DNA of 64,000 bases, taken from Candidatus Nanopelagicales bacterium (GTDB taxonomy: Bacteria > Actinomycetota > Actinomycetes > S36-B12 > UBA10799). Where the stretch lies: contig JAWKJM010000004.1 in the NCBI GenBank assembly GCA_041393775.1, positions 384,701 through 448,700 on the forward strand, read 5' to 3'. The position numbers were made by a program, and so were the translations under genes. The notes under the pieces were generated by a model. It was given only the letters and a program-made list of their open reading frames with translations, was not told where the DNA came from and did not search any database. Below, piece after piece: positions 10,921-21,795 of the stretch. Within the stretch, counting starts at the first letter, position 1. Every line of letters starts with the position of its first letter.

Positions 10921-11162
10921 ACCGCTCCCACACGTCAGCGCGCGAGCGCTTCGTCCCCGCGAACACCGGGCCAGCGCCGCACCCACCTCGTGAAACGACG
11001 AGAACAGATCTGCGGGGTTCCGGGGCCCTGGTCTGCCCTCGGCTGCCGAGTCGGGCAGTTGAAAGCGGGCGCTGCGCAGGGGGATTCGGTGCGGTGACCC
11101 GACCCCATGGGCCTCATCGACGCGCCCCTATGAACGGCGTTCCGGACGCCGGATGACGCGCC

Positions 11163-11279
11163 ATTGTCACAGAGTCGAGGGGTTCGGAAGGTGCCTTGTC
11201 ACGAAGGTGGGGGTGCGGCAGGCGTAGAGCGCGCACCTTCGTAACACAGTCGGCCGGGGTGCCTGTACCTTCGTCACAA
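11163..11279. repeat. Family B nested-palindrome element, copy B2 (left outer arm disrupted)
   Basis: ATTGTCAC[agagtcgaggggttcg]GAAGGTGCC TTGTCACGAAGGTGG...GCGCACCTTCGTAACAC...CCTTCGTCACAA. Confidence 0.85.
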
Positions 11280-11414
11280 AGGGCGGGCGGGAGCGTTGGC
11301 CCGCAACCCGCGGGTCGTCACAGCTGCACCTGAGGCTGACGGGCACATCGCCGCCCTGTGTCGCCGAGCAGGCCCTGTTGACGAAACACATTGTTAACGT
11401 GAACCCCCGCATCC

Positions 11415-11430
11415 GTCACACTGCTGAAAC
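11415..11430 (+). promoter_or_regulatory. candidate GlnR box upstream of amtB-glnB-glnD
   Basis: GTCAC-ACTGCT-GAAAC matches the Streptomyces GlnR half-box gTnAc-n6-GaAAc exactly and lies ~90 nt upstream of the amtB ATG. A second tandem half-box is not clearly present. Confidence 0.4.
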
Positions 11431-11519
11431 CTCGACACGCAGATTGCGTAACAGAGCCGGGTGAGGCTTCTTGCATCCCGAGGGAGAGACCCGATGGGGA
11501 GAAAAGGAGACGCGCGACG

Positions 11520-13180
<1,661 letters not shown>

Positions 13181-13250
13181 TCCACGGCGTGGCGGCGGCT
13201 CCGGGGGAGGGCCGCCGCCATGTCGTGTTCGGGGTCCGAAGGAGGCAAGG

Positions 13251-15572
13251 GTGAGTGTGGTCTCGAACGACTTCATGGCAACGCGCGCGGACCTGATCGC
13301 GCGCCCCGGCTTCGGTCCCTCGCGCCGGCATGCCTTGACCGGCCTCACTGACGACTGGCTCAGCGACCTTTTCGACGCATCCGGGGCCAAGGAACTCGGA
13401 TGCGCGATGGTCGCCGTGGGCAGTTACGGCCGCGGCGAACTGGCCCCGGCCAGCGACGTCGACGTCCTGCTGCTGCACCCCTCGGCGGTCCCGGCTGCGG
13501 ATGTGGCCGCAGTGGCCGACCGGATCTGGTACCCGATCTGGGACAGCGGATTGCGGCTCGACCACAGCGTCCGGACCCCCGCCCAGGCTCGGAGGATGGC
13601 CGGGCAGGACCTCAAAGTGGTGCTCGGGTTGATGGATGCTCGCACCGTGGTGGGCGATGACCGGCTCACGGTCGAGACCAGGTCCAGTGCGCTGGGGGAC
13701 TGGCGGGCCATGGCCAAGGCGCGCCTGGACGAGTTGCGGGCGGGGGTCGAGGAACGAGCCGAGATCCACGGGGAACTGGCCTACCTGCTGGAGCCCGACT
13801 TGAAGGAGTCCTACGCGGGGTTGCGCGATCTCACGGTGCTCCGGGCACTCGCGGCGAGCTGGATCATCAGCCCGCCGCAGAGTTCGTTGAGCGCGGCCAA
13901 ACTCACTCTTCTCAACGCGCGCGACGCGCTGCACCTGGTCACGGGCCGAGCCACCGACCGGTTGACCCAGCAGGAACAGCCGCAGGTCGCCCAACTGCTC
14001 GGCTACGCCGACGAGGACGAGTTGCTGCGTGCCGTCTGCGCTGCCGGTCGAACGATCGCCTTCGTGAGTTCCGTCGCATGGGGCCGGGTCCGTCGGCAGA
14101 TCAAGCGCAAGTCGTTGCCGCGCCTGCGGAAGATCCGCCGCACCGGGGAACGCGCACCGCTGGCAGAGGGGGTCGTGGTCCAGGATGCAGAGGTAGTGCT
14201 GGCGGCCGAAGCCCGCCCGGATCGCGATCCCGTCCTCGTCCTGCGGACCGCTGCCGCAGCCGCCCAGGCGGGCCTGCGCGTTTCGGTTCACACGGTCGAC
14301 CGCCTGACGCAGGAATCGGCACCGATGCCCGTGCCGTGGCCGCGCCAGGCGCGGGAGAGCCTGGTGAGCCTGCTGGGTGCGGGCAGGGCGACCGTGCCTG
14401 TCTGGGAGGCCCTCGATCAAGGCGACCTGATCACACGCCTGATCCCCGGCTGGGATGTCGTGCGGTCGGCCCCGCAGCGCAACCCCGTGCATCGCTACAC
14501 CGTCGATCGTCATCTGGTGGAGACAGCGGTGGCGGCGGCCCAACACACCCGAAAGGTTTCGCGCCCGGACCTGCTGCTGGTCGGCGCTCTGTTCCACGAC
14601 ATCGGCAAGGGACGCGCCGGTGACCACACCCAGGTAGGTGTGGGCCTGGTGGCCGATATCGCACCCCACCTGGGCTTCGACCCCGCCGACACCCACACAC
14701 TCATGCAGATGGTGCGACACCACCTGCTGCTCCCCGACGTGGCCACCCGCCGCGACATCGATGACCCAGCGGTTATTGACGCAGTGGGTACGTCGGTGGA
14801 GACCCCGGAGACGCTGGAGTTGCTGCACTGGCTGACGGTCTCGGATGCCGCGGCCACGGGTCCGGCCGCATGGAGTCCCTGGAAAGCCAATCTGGTGGAC
14901 ACGCTGGTGCGCCGGGTCGCGGCGTCATTGGCGGGTGCGGAGGTTGTGATCGAGCCTCCGCTGGAGGATGTCCCGGATTCGATGTGGTCGGGGTCCGAGG
15001 TCGATGTGCTGATCGAACCCGTTGAGGAAACCGAGGTGAACATCACGATCGGGGCCAGCGATGCTGTCGGTCTCTTGAGCCGCTGCGCCGGAGCCCTGGC
15101 GATCAATCGGCTCAGCGTCCGAGAAGCGGCCAGCCGTACCGAGAACGGGCGGGCGGTGATCCGGTGGACGGTCCAGACACAATTCGGGGAACCGCCGGCG
15201 GCGGACCGACTGGCCGCCGACCTGCGCCGTGCGATCAGTGGTGAGATCGATCTGGGCCGCAGGCTAAGCGAGCGCGAGCGGGCTTACGCCAATGCGGAGG
15301 ACCCACGTCCTGAACCCACGGTCTCGCTGATCCCGGACGCCTCGAGCCGCGCCACAGTCCTTCAGGTCAGGGCGCACGACAGGGCCGGGCTGCTCTATTG
15401 GGTGACCTCGGCATTGGCCAACGCCGGTGTCAACGTCGATGGGGCCAAGGTGTCCACGTTGGGCTCGGAGGTGGTCGACGTGTTCTTCCTGACCGACGCG
15501 TCGGGGGGGCCGCTGTCCGAGAAGCGGGCCACAGCGGCCCTGCAGGCGGTGCGCCGCGCCCTACGAGGGTGA
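13251..15572 (+). CDS. glnD: [protein-PII] uridylyl/adenylyl-transferase GlnD
   Basis: Nucleotidyltransferase motif GSYGRGELAPASDVDV, HD domain (HRYTVDRH...LFHDIGKG) and C-terminal ACT repeats. GAAGGAGG precedes GTG 13251; the longest ORF starts at 13056 inside glnB. Confidence 0.9.
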   Translation: MSVVSNDFMATRADLIARPGFGPSRRHALTGLTDDWLSDLFDASGAKELGCAMVAVGSYGRGELAPASDVDVLLLHPSAVPAADVAAVADRIWYPIWDSGLRLDHSVRTPAQARRMAGQDLKVVLGLMDARTVVGDDRLTVETRSSALGDWRAMAKARLDELRAGVEERAEIHGELAYLLEPDLKESYAGLRDLTVLRALAASWIISPPQSSLSAAKLTLLNARDALHLVTGRATDRLTQQEQPQVAQLLGYADEDELLRAVCAAGRTIAFVSSVAWGRVRRQIKRKSLPRLRKIRRTGERAPLAEGVVVQDAEVVLAAEARPDRDPVLVLRTAAAAAQAGLRVSVHTVDRLTQESAPMPVPWPRQARESLVSLLGAGRATVPVWEALDQGDLITRLIPGWDVVRSAPQRNPVHRYTVDRHLVETAVAAAQHTRKVSRPDLLLVGALFHDIGKGRAGDHTQVGVGLVADIAPHLGFDPADTHTLMQMVRHHLLLPDVATRRDIDDPAVIDAVGTSVETPETLELLHWLTVSDAAATGPAAWSPWKANLVDTLVRRVAASLAGAEVVIEPPLEDVPDSMWSGSEVDVLIEPVEETEVNITIGASDAVGLLSRCAGALAINRLSVREAASRTENGRAVIRWTVQTQFGEPPAADRLAADLRRAISGEIDLGRRLSERERAYANAEDPRPEPTVSLIPDASSRATVLQVRAHDRAGLLYWVTSALANAGVNVDGAKVSTLGSEVVDVFFLTDASGGPLSEKRATAALQAVRRALRG

Positions 15573-15754
15573 GCTGGACCGGACTGCATGTCGACTCGTC
15601 GCCTGTCACCCAGTGTGGCGAAGTCGCCGCGACACCCTGGCGTGTCCCCGTAACTCCGCAACAATGGCGGCGCGCCACCGAGAAGGCGGACCGCGGGCGG
15701 TCGAGGCCCGCTTGGCCGCCGGTTACCCTTGGAACCTGACCCCAGGAGTGATGC

Positions 15755-17275
15755 ATGTTCAATTCCCTGTCCGATCGCTTGGCGGCGACCTTCAAAGGTC
15801 TGCGCGGCAAAGGGCGGCTGTCCGAGGCGGACATCGACGAGACTGTCCGGGAGATCCGCAAGGCACTGCTCGAGGCGGACGTCTCGTTGCCGGTGGTGCG
15901 CACATTCACGGCACGGGTCAAGGAGCGGGCCTCAGGCGCCGAAGTCTCGGCAAGCCTCAACCCGGCCCAACAAGTCGTCAAGATCGTTCACGAGGAACTG
16001 ATCGAGATCCTCGGCGGGGAAACCCGGAACCTGCGGCTGGCCAAGAAGCCCCCGACAGTGATCATGCTGCTCGGCCTGCAGGGATCCGGCAAGACGACGC
16101 TGGCGGGGAAGCTGGCCAGGTACCTCACCACCAAAGGACATCAGCCCGTCCTCGTGGCCGCCGACCTCCAGCGGCCCAACGCCGTCAATCAGTTGCAGAT
16201 CGTCGCAGAGCGCGCCGGCGTGGCGTGCTACGCGCCGCAACCGGGTAACGGTGTCGGGGATCCGGTGACCGTTGCTCGCGACTCGATCCGGTTCGCCGAG
16301 CAGTCCGTGCACGACGTGGTCATCGTCGATACCGCCGGCCGCTTGGCGATCGATGCCGACCTCATGGAGCAGGCCGCGGGGATCCGGGATGCGGTCAATC
16401 CTGACGAGTTGCTCCTGGTGATCGACGCCATGATCGGGCAGGACGCCGTCGCGACGGCCGCCGCCTTCCAGGAGGGGGTCGGCGTGGATGGGGTAATCCT
16501 CACCAAGCTCGACGGTGACGCCCGGGGCGGTGCGGCCCTGTCGGTCCGGGAGGCGACAGGTGCCCCGATCATGTTCGCGTCGGTGGGTGAGAAGGTCGAG
16601 GACCTGGAGGTCTTCCACCCCGACCGGATGGCGTCGCGGATTCTCGACATGGGTGACGTGCTGACCCTGATCGAGCAGGCCGAACGGGCTTTCGACGCCG
16701 ATCAGGCGCAACGGATGGCCGACAAGGTCGCGCGTGGGGACGCCTTCACCCTTGAGGAATTCCTCGAGCAGATGCAAGCCGTCAAGAAGATGGGCTCCCT
16801 TGGCAAGTTGTTGGGGATGCTGCCTGGGATGGCCGAGGCCCGCAAGCAACTCGAACAGGTCGATGACCGCGAACTGGACCGGGTGGCGGCCATCATCCAT
16901 TCAATGACCCCTGCCGAGCGTCGTGATACGAAGATCCTCAACGGCTCCCGGCGTGCCCGGATCGCGAAGGGGGCCGGTGTCCAGGTCAGCGACGTGAACT
17001 CCTTGGTGGACCGTTTCACAGAAGCCCAGAAGATGATGAAGCAGATGCGTTCGGGGGCCGGGATGCCGCCGGGGATGCCAGGCATCGGCGGGATGTCGAA
17101 GAAGAGCAAGGCGAAGGCCAAGGCGTCCCCGAAGTCGAAGAAGGGGCGAAGCGGCAATCCGGCCAAAAGAGCCGCCCAGGCCGCTGAGCAGCCGGCGCCG
17201 ATCGAAGCCGCCCCCGAGCCGTTCTCAGCAGACCAGTTGCCGGACGAGTTCAGCAAGTTGTTCGGCGAGAAGTAG
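15755..17275 (+). CDS. ffh: signal recognition particle protein Ffh
   Basis: GLQGSGKTT, DTAGR and TKLDGDARGG motifs, followed by a Met-rich M domain and a Lys-rich tail. Confidence 0.96.
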   Translation: MFNSLSDRLAATFKGLRGKGRLSEADIDETVREIRKALLEADVSLPVVRTFTARVKERASGAEVSASLNPAQQVVKIVHEELIEILGGETRNLRLAKKPPTVIMLLGLQGSGKTTLAGKLARYLTTKGHQPVLVAADLQRPNAVNQLQIVAERAGVACYAPQPGNGVGDPVTVARDSIRFAEQSVHDVVIVDTAGRLAIDADLMEQAAGIRDAVNPDELLLVIDAMIGQDAVATAAAFQEGVGVDGVILTKLDGDARGGAALSVREATGAPIMFASVGEKVEDLEVFHPDRMASRILDMGDVLTLIEQAERAFDADQAQRMADKVARGDAFTLEEFLEQMQAVKKMGSLGKLLGMLPGMAEARKQLEQVDDRELDRVAAIIHSMTPAERRDTKILNGSRRARIAKGAGVQVSDVNSLVDRFTEAQKMMKQMRSGAGMPPGMPGIGGMSKKSKAKAKASPKSKKGRSGNPAKRAAQAAEQPAPIEAAPEPFSADQLPDEFSKLFGEK

Positions 17276-17421
17276 CCACCGGGGAGTCTGAGCACACGCG
17301 TCTGGCACACTAGGAACAGTTCCCGCCCTCTCACCGGGAGCGATCGACTTACCGGTTCGTTCCGGCATGTCCCCACATGCCTGGTCGGGCCGACATAACG
17401 ACTACAGGAGATACATCCGCA

Positions 17422-17916
17422 GTGGCAGCCAAGATCAAGTTGAAGCGGCTCGGCAAGATCCGCAATCCGCAGTACCGAGTTGTGGTGGCTGACGCCCGCA
17501 ACAAGCGTGATGGGCGCGCGATCGAGGAGATCGGGTTGTACCACCCGAAGGAGCAGCCGTCGCTCATCCAGATCGACTCCGAGCGTGTGCAGTACTGGCT
17601 CGGCGTCGGAGCACAGCCCACCGACGCGGTCATGGCCCTGTTGAAGGTGACCGGCGACTGGCAGAAGTTCAAGGGTCAGCCCGGGGCCGAGGGCACGCTG
17701 CAGACCCGCGAGGAGAAGGCGGACCGCAAGTCGGTGTTCGCCGCGGCCGCGGCAGAGGCCGCTGGACTCAAGGAGGCTGAGGCCGCTGCGCCGAAGCCGA
17801 AGAGCAAGCCGGCCAAGGCCGCCGAGGAGCCCGAGCCGACCGTGGACAACGAGGAGACCCCGGCCGCCGAGGCGCCCGTGGCAGAGTCGGCCGCCGAGAC
17901 CCAGGCTGATGGCTAG
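17422..17916 (+). CDS. rpsP: 30S ribosomal protein S16 (with Ala/Glu-rich C-terminal extension)
   Basis: [43 protein letters not shown] lies 11 nt upstream of GTG 17422. Confidence 0.9.
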   Translation: MAAKIKLKRLGKIRNPQYRVVVADARNKRDGRAIEEIGLYHPKEQPSLIQIDSERVQYWLGVGAQPTDAVMALLKVTGDWQKFKGQPGAEGTLQTREEKADRKSVFAAAAAEAAGLKEAEAAAPKPKSKPAKAAEEPEPTVDNEETPAAEAPVAESAAETQADG

Positions 17917-18160
17917 GCCACTGGCCGAGGCCCTCGAGCACTTGGTCGCGGGTATCGTCGACAACCCCGAGGACGTCACGGTCCGGGAGAAGGCGGCCCG
18001 TGGCCGCGGAACTCTGCTGAAGGTTGTGGTCAACCCCGACGACCTCGGGCGGGTGATCGGCCGCGGGGGTCGCACCGCTAAGTCCTTGCGAACGGTCGTC
18101 AACGCCATTGCCGGCGGTGGCGGGGTGCGTGTCGACTTCGTGGATGTGAACGGCCGCTGA
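17909..18160 (+). CDS. KH-domain RNA-binding protein (YlqC family)
   Basis: KH GXXG motif [15 protein letters not shown], in the conserved position between rpsP and rimM. Confidence 0.85.
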   Translation: MARPLAEALEHLVAGIVDNPEDVTVREKAARGRGTLLKVVVNPDDLGRVIGRGGRTAKSLRTVVNAIAGGGGVRVDFVDVNGR

Positions 18161-18666
18161 CCGCCCAACGGGTCGCGGTCGGAAGGATCGGCAAACCGCA
18201 CGGGGTGCGGGGTTGGGTCACCGTCACGGTCGCCACCGACGAACCCGAGCGACGTTTCGCCGCCGGGAGTGTGGTGTATCTGGATGACCTCGCGTGTGAG
18301 ATCGCGCAGTCGCGGCTCAACGGAACACGGGTCGCACTGCGGCTCGACGGGTGTACGGATCGCACGCAGGCCGAATCTCTGCGCGGATCATGGTTGTACG
18401 TCGATGTTGGGGATGAGGGGCCGATGGACCCCGACGAGTTCTACGACCACCAGCTCGTCGGGCTAGACGTCCAGGTGGAGGGCCGTAGCGTCGGCGCGAT
18501 CAGCGAGGTTCTCCATCTTCCGGGGCAGGAAGTCCTCGCGGTGGATCTCGCATCGGGACGCCAGGTGCTCGTGCCCTTCGTGAAGCCGATCGTCCCCGTG
18601 GTCGACTTGTCCGCACGGATGGTCGAAGTGGTGGCGATGGAGGGTCTGCTCGACGATGCGGATTGA
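18157..18666 (+). CDS. rimM: 16S rRNA processing protein RimM (start uncertain, possibly CTG 18157)
   Basis: PRC-barrel/RimM similarity. The conserved N-terminal motif VGRIGKPHGVRGW is encoded at 18175-18213, upstream of the first canonical start (GTG 18205). Confidence 0.8.
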   Translation: MTAQRVAVGRIGKPHGVRGWVTVTVATDEPERRFAAGSVVYLDDLACEIAQSRLNGTRVALRLDGCTDRTQAESLRGSWLYVDVGDEGPMDPDEFYDHQLVGLDVQVEGRSVGAISEVLHLPGQEVLAVDLASGRQVLVPFVKPIVPVVDLSARMVEVVAMEGLLDDAD

Positions 18667-19345
18667 TGTCATCTCCATCTTCCCGGACTATCTGCGGCCG
18701 CTGCGTCTGTCGTTGATCGGTAAGGCGATCGATCGCGGTCAGGTCAACGTGGAGGTGCGTGACCTGCGGTCCTACACCACTGATCGCCATCGCACCGTGG
18801 ACGACGCTCCATACGGCGGGGGACCGGGCATGGTGATGAGTCCGCAGCCCTGGGGAGACGCGCTCGACGACACGATTTCCGACGAGACCGTCTTGATCGT
18901 TCCGACCCCATCCGGCGCCCCGTTCAGCCAACCGATGGCGCAGGAACTGTCAGGTCGCCGGCATCTGGTCTTCGCCTGTGGCCGGTACGAGGGCATCGAT
19001 GCGCGGGTCGTCGACCACTACCGGGCCAGGGTGGATGTTCGCGAGGTGAGCATCGGCGACTACGTGCTCGCTGGTGGCGAGGTGGCCACGTTGGTGATGT
19101 GTGAGGCGATCGTCCGGCTGCTGCCCGGCGTGCTCGGCAATCCCGAGAGCGCGATCGACGACTCCTTCAGCCGTCCGGACGAACTGTTGGAGGGCCCGGT
19201 GTACACCCGGCCACCGACGTGGCGCGGGCTGAGCGTGCCGGAGGTGCTGCTTTCGGGCGACCACGACCGCATCCGCCGATGGCGGGCCGAACGAGCCCTT
19301 GAGCGGACGATCGCGTTCCGGCCGACTGGCCCTGAGCCGATCTGA
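18656..19345 (+). CDS. trmD: tRNA (guanine37-N1)-methyltransferase
   Basis: MRIDVISIFPDY... and the SPOUT-knot motif SIGDYVLAGGEVATLV. Confidence 0.95.
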   Translation: MRIDVISIFPDYLRPLRLSLIGKAIDRGQVNVEVRDLRSYTTDRHRTVDDAPYGGGPGMVMSPQPWGDALDDTISDETVLIVPTPSGAPFSQPMAQELSGRRHLVFACGRYEGIDARVVDHYRARVDVREVSIGDYVLAGGEVATLVMCEAIVRLLPGVLGNPESAIDDSFSRPDELLEGPVYTRPPTWRGLSVPEVLLSGDHDRIRRWRAERALERTIAFRPTGPEPI

Positions 19346-19699
19346 TCCTTCCGCACCTGTCCCTGGATGTCCGCGGTTCCAGCCCGGCGGACCAGAGACG
19401 GAGGGTCGGTCGACCGGCCGGAAGTGATCGCGCGTTGAAGCCGGCAGGGCCAGTGATCCCAGCGTGCTCAACGGGGCAGGAGCGTAGGTGCTGTGGTGTT
19501 GCTGCACGTCCGGCTTCGGCGGATCGCGCCGGTGCGGACCGGCCCACCCGCCCCGAATGCGGCCCTCGACGTGTGGCACACTGGATTGGTTCCGTACGCC
19601 ACCCGCCACAGGGGGACACGCTGCGGGGCCAGACGGATTCATTGCACACGCAACCACCGACCACCTGCGTTCGACCTGTGGCGAATGCGAGGAGTAATC

Positions 19700-20056
19700 A
19701 TGCACACGCTCGACGCGGTTGACGCGGCCAACCTTCGCGACGACATCCCCGCCTTCCGTCCCGGCGACACGGTCAAGGTCCACGTCAACGTCGTGGAGGG
19801 GGAACGAAAGCGTGTCCAGGTCTTCCAGGGTGTGGTCATCCGTCGTCAGGGCGGTGGGGTCCGTGAATCCTTCACTGTCCGCAAGGTGAGCTTCGGGGTC
19901 GGCGTCGAGCGCACGTTCCCCGTGCACAGCCCGATCATCGACCACATCGAACTGGTCACCCGCGGCGACGTGCGGCGCGCCAAGTTGTACTACCTGCGCG
20001 AGTTGCGGGGCAAGGCCGCCAAGATTCGTGAGAAGCGGGACAACACCTCCGCGTGA
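19700..20056 (+). CDS. rplS: 50S ribosomal protein L19
   Basis: [35 protein letters not shown] precedes ATG 19700; the longer ORF from 19493 is unlikely. Confidence 0.93.
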   Translation: MHTLDAVDAANLRDDIPAFRPGDTVKVHVNVVEGERKRVQVFQGVVIRRQGGGVRESFTVRKVSFGVGVERTFPVHSPIIDHIELVTRGDVRRAKLYYLRELRGKAAKIREKRDNTSA

Positions 20057-20751
20057 CCGAGACCTCCACCTCCAGTAACGCTGGAGTAGTTCTGTGGCGC
20101 TTCGTCAAGGAGATCGTCATCATCCTGGTGGTGGCCCTTGGTCTGTCGTTCCTCGTGCGTACCTTCATCGTGCAGGCGTTCTACGTCCCGAGCCAGTCGA
20201 TGGAGAACACGCTGATGCCCAACGACCGGATCCTCGCCTCGAAGATCACCACGCGATTCGCGGGGGTCGACCGTGGCCAGATCGTGGTGTTCCACGACCC
20301 CGGCGACTGGCTGGACGCCTCCCAGAAGAGGTCCGCCGATGGCCTTCCCGGAGTCCTGGAGTGGATCGGTCTGCTGCCGAGCAACACGGGTGACGATCTG
20401 GTCAAGCGCGTCATCGCCGTGGGGGGTGATCACGTTCGATGCTGCAGTACGGACGGGCGCATCGTCCTCAACGGGGTGCCGTTGACCGAGCCCTACGTGA
20501 AGCCGGGCGACACCAGCGACGACGTGCGGTTCGACGTGACTGTGCCCCAGGGACGCATCTTCGTCATGGGCGACAACCGCAACGCCTCGGCGGATTCCCG
20601 CTACCACCTCAACGACAAGCAGGGCACCGTCCCGCTCGACAACGTCGTCGGACGGGTCGTGCTAACGGTGTGGCCGTTCTCCGCATTCAGCACCCATCCC
20701 GTCCCCGCAGTTCCTTTCGACGACCCCCGGCTTGACGATCAGACGAAGTAG
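20053..20751 (+). CDS. lepB: signal peptidase I
   Basis: TM anchor, catalytic Ser box (PSQSMENTL), and [13 protein letters not shown] box E. GTGA overlap with rplS. Confidence 0.92.
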   Translation: MTETSTSSNAGVVLWRFVKEIVIILVVALGLSFLVRTFIVQAFYVPSQSMENTLMPNDRILASKITTRFAGVDRGQIVVFHDPGDWLDASQKRSADGLPGVLEWIGLLPSNTGDDLVKRVIAVGGDHVRCCSTDGRIVLNGVPLTEPYVKPGDTSDDVRFDVTVPQGRIFVMGDNRNASADSRYHLNDKQGTVPLDNVVGRVVLTVWPFSAFSTHPVPAVPFDDPRLDDQTK

Positions 20752-20827
20752 TCGCGCGGGTGGACACGCTGGGGCCAACCCGGGCGGCGTCGGCTGATCG
20801 GTTAGGGCCGGAGCATAAGGTTGGTCT

Positions 20828-21484
20828 GTGGTCGGTCCGGATCCCTTGCCTGTTCCGCGCAAAGGCGCAGGTCTGTACGCATTCGACAACGCCGTGCGCA
20901 AGGCGGGTTTCGAACTGGTCGCCGGCCTCGACGAGGCGGGACGAGGCGCCTGCGCCGGTCCTCTCTACGCGGCTGCGGTGATTCTGCCACCGAACACGCG
21001 GATCGCCGAACTCGCCGATTCCAAGTTGCTCACACCTGCTGCCCGGGAACGGGTGGAGGCGCGGGTGAAGCGTCTGGCGTTCGCCTGGGCTGTCAGCGCC
21101 GTCGATGTCGCCGAACTCGACGCAGTGGGTTTGCACAGGGCGAATCTGCTCGCGTTCCGGCGGGCATGGCAACGACTGGGCCAGACCCCCGACTACGCCC
21201 TGTGCGACGGCTTCGTGCCAGGGGGCCTCGGTCGCCCCGAACTGGCCGTCTGGAAAGGCGATCAGGTGTCGGCCACGATCGCCGCCGCCAGTGTGCTCGC
21301 CAAGTGTGCCCGGGACCGCCACATGGTGGCCCTGCACGGCCAGTACCCCGGCTACGGGTTCGACGAGCACAAGGGCTACACGACCGCAGCCCACCGACGA
21401 GCGCTTGCCCTTCTGGGGCCGTGCGGCATCCATCGACACCGCTTCATCACTGTCCGCCGAGCAATTCGAGAGGGAGCCGCATGA
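20828..21484 (+). CDS. rnhB: ribonuclease HII
   Basis: GLDEAGRGACAGPL active-site motif and DSKLLT. Confidence 0.92.
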   Translation: MVGPDPLPVPRKGAGLYAFDNAVRKAGFELVAGLDEAGRGACAGPLYAAAVILPPNTRIAELADSKLLTPAARERVEARVKRLAFAWAVSAVDVAELDAVGLHRANLLAFRRAWQRLGQTPDYALCDGFVPGGLGRPELAVWKGDQVSATIAAASVLAKCARDRHMVALHGQYPGYGFDEHKGYTTAAHRRALALLGPCGIHRHRFITVRRAIREGAA

Positions 21485-21786
21485 GCGTTGACGACCTGCA
21501 GCGGTACGAAAGTGAGGTCGAACTCGACCTCTACCGGCAATACCGTGAAGTGGTGGGGATGTTCCGCCACGTGGTGGAGACGGAACGCCGCTTCTACCTC
21601 GCCAACGATGTGGATGTGCAGGTTCGCAGTACTGACGGTGGCGAGGTGTTCTTCGAAGTCAATCTGCGCGACGTGTGGGTGTGGGACATGTACCGCCAGG
21701 GCCGCTTCGCCCGAGCCGTTCGGATCCTGACGTTCAAGGACGTCAACGTAGAAGACCTGCCCGTTGGGGACAACCCGAGCGCCTGA
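21481..21786 (+). CDS. DUF2469 family protein
   Basis: MSVDDLQRYESEVELDLYRQYREVVGMFRHVVETERRFYLAN matches the actinobacterial protein conserved after rnhB. ATGA overlap with rnhB. Confidence 0.8.
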   Translation: MSVDDLQRYESEVELDLYRQYREVVGMFRHVVETERRFYLANDVDVQVRSTDGGEVFFEVNLRDVWVWDMYRQGRFARAVRILTFKDVNVEDLPVGDNPSA

Positions 21787-21795
21787 TCCACAGAG

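Noticed and set aside
10723-10986. ORFs ending in ...LENVHEVREATRAFSNLVH.. recur at 10723-10986, 42476-42964, 48205-48789 and 61032-61322. They could be mistaken for a conserved small protein family.
   Set aside because: The shared peptide is just the translation of the family A hairpin core. The frames, strands and N-terminal parts differ between loci, and there are no consistent starts or RBSs.
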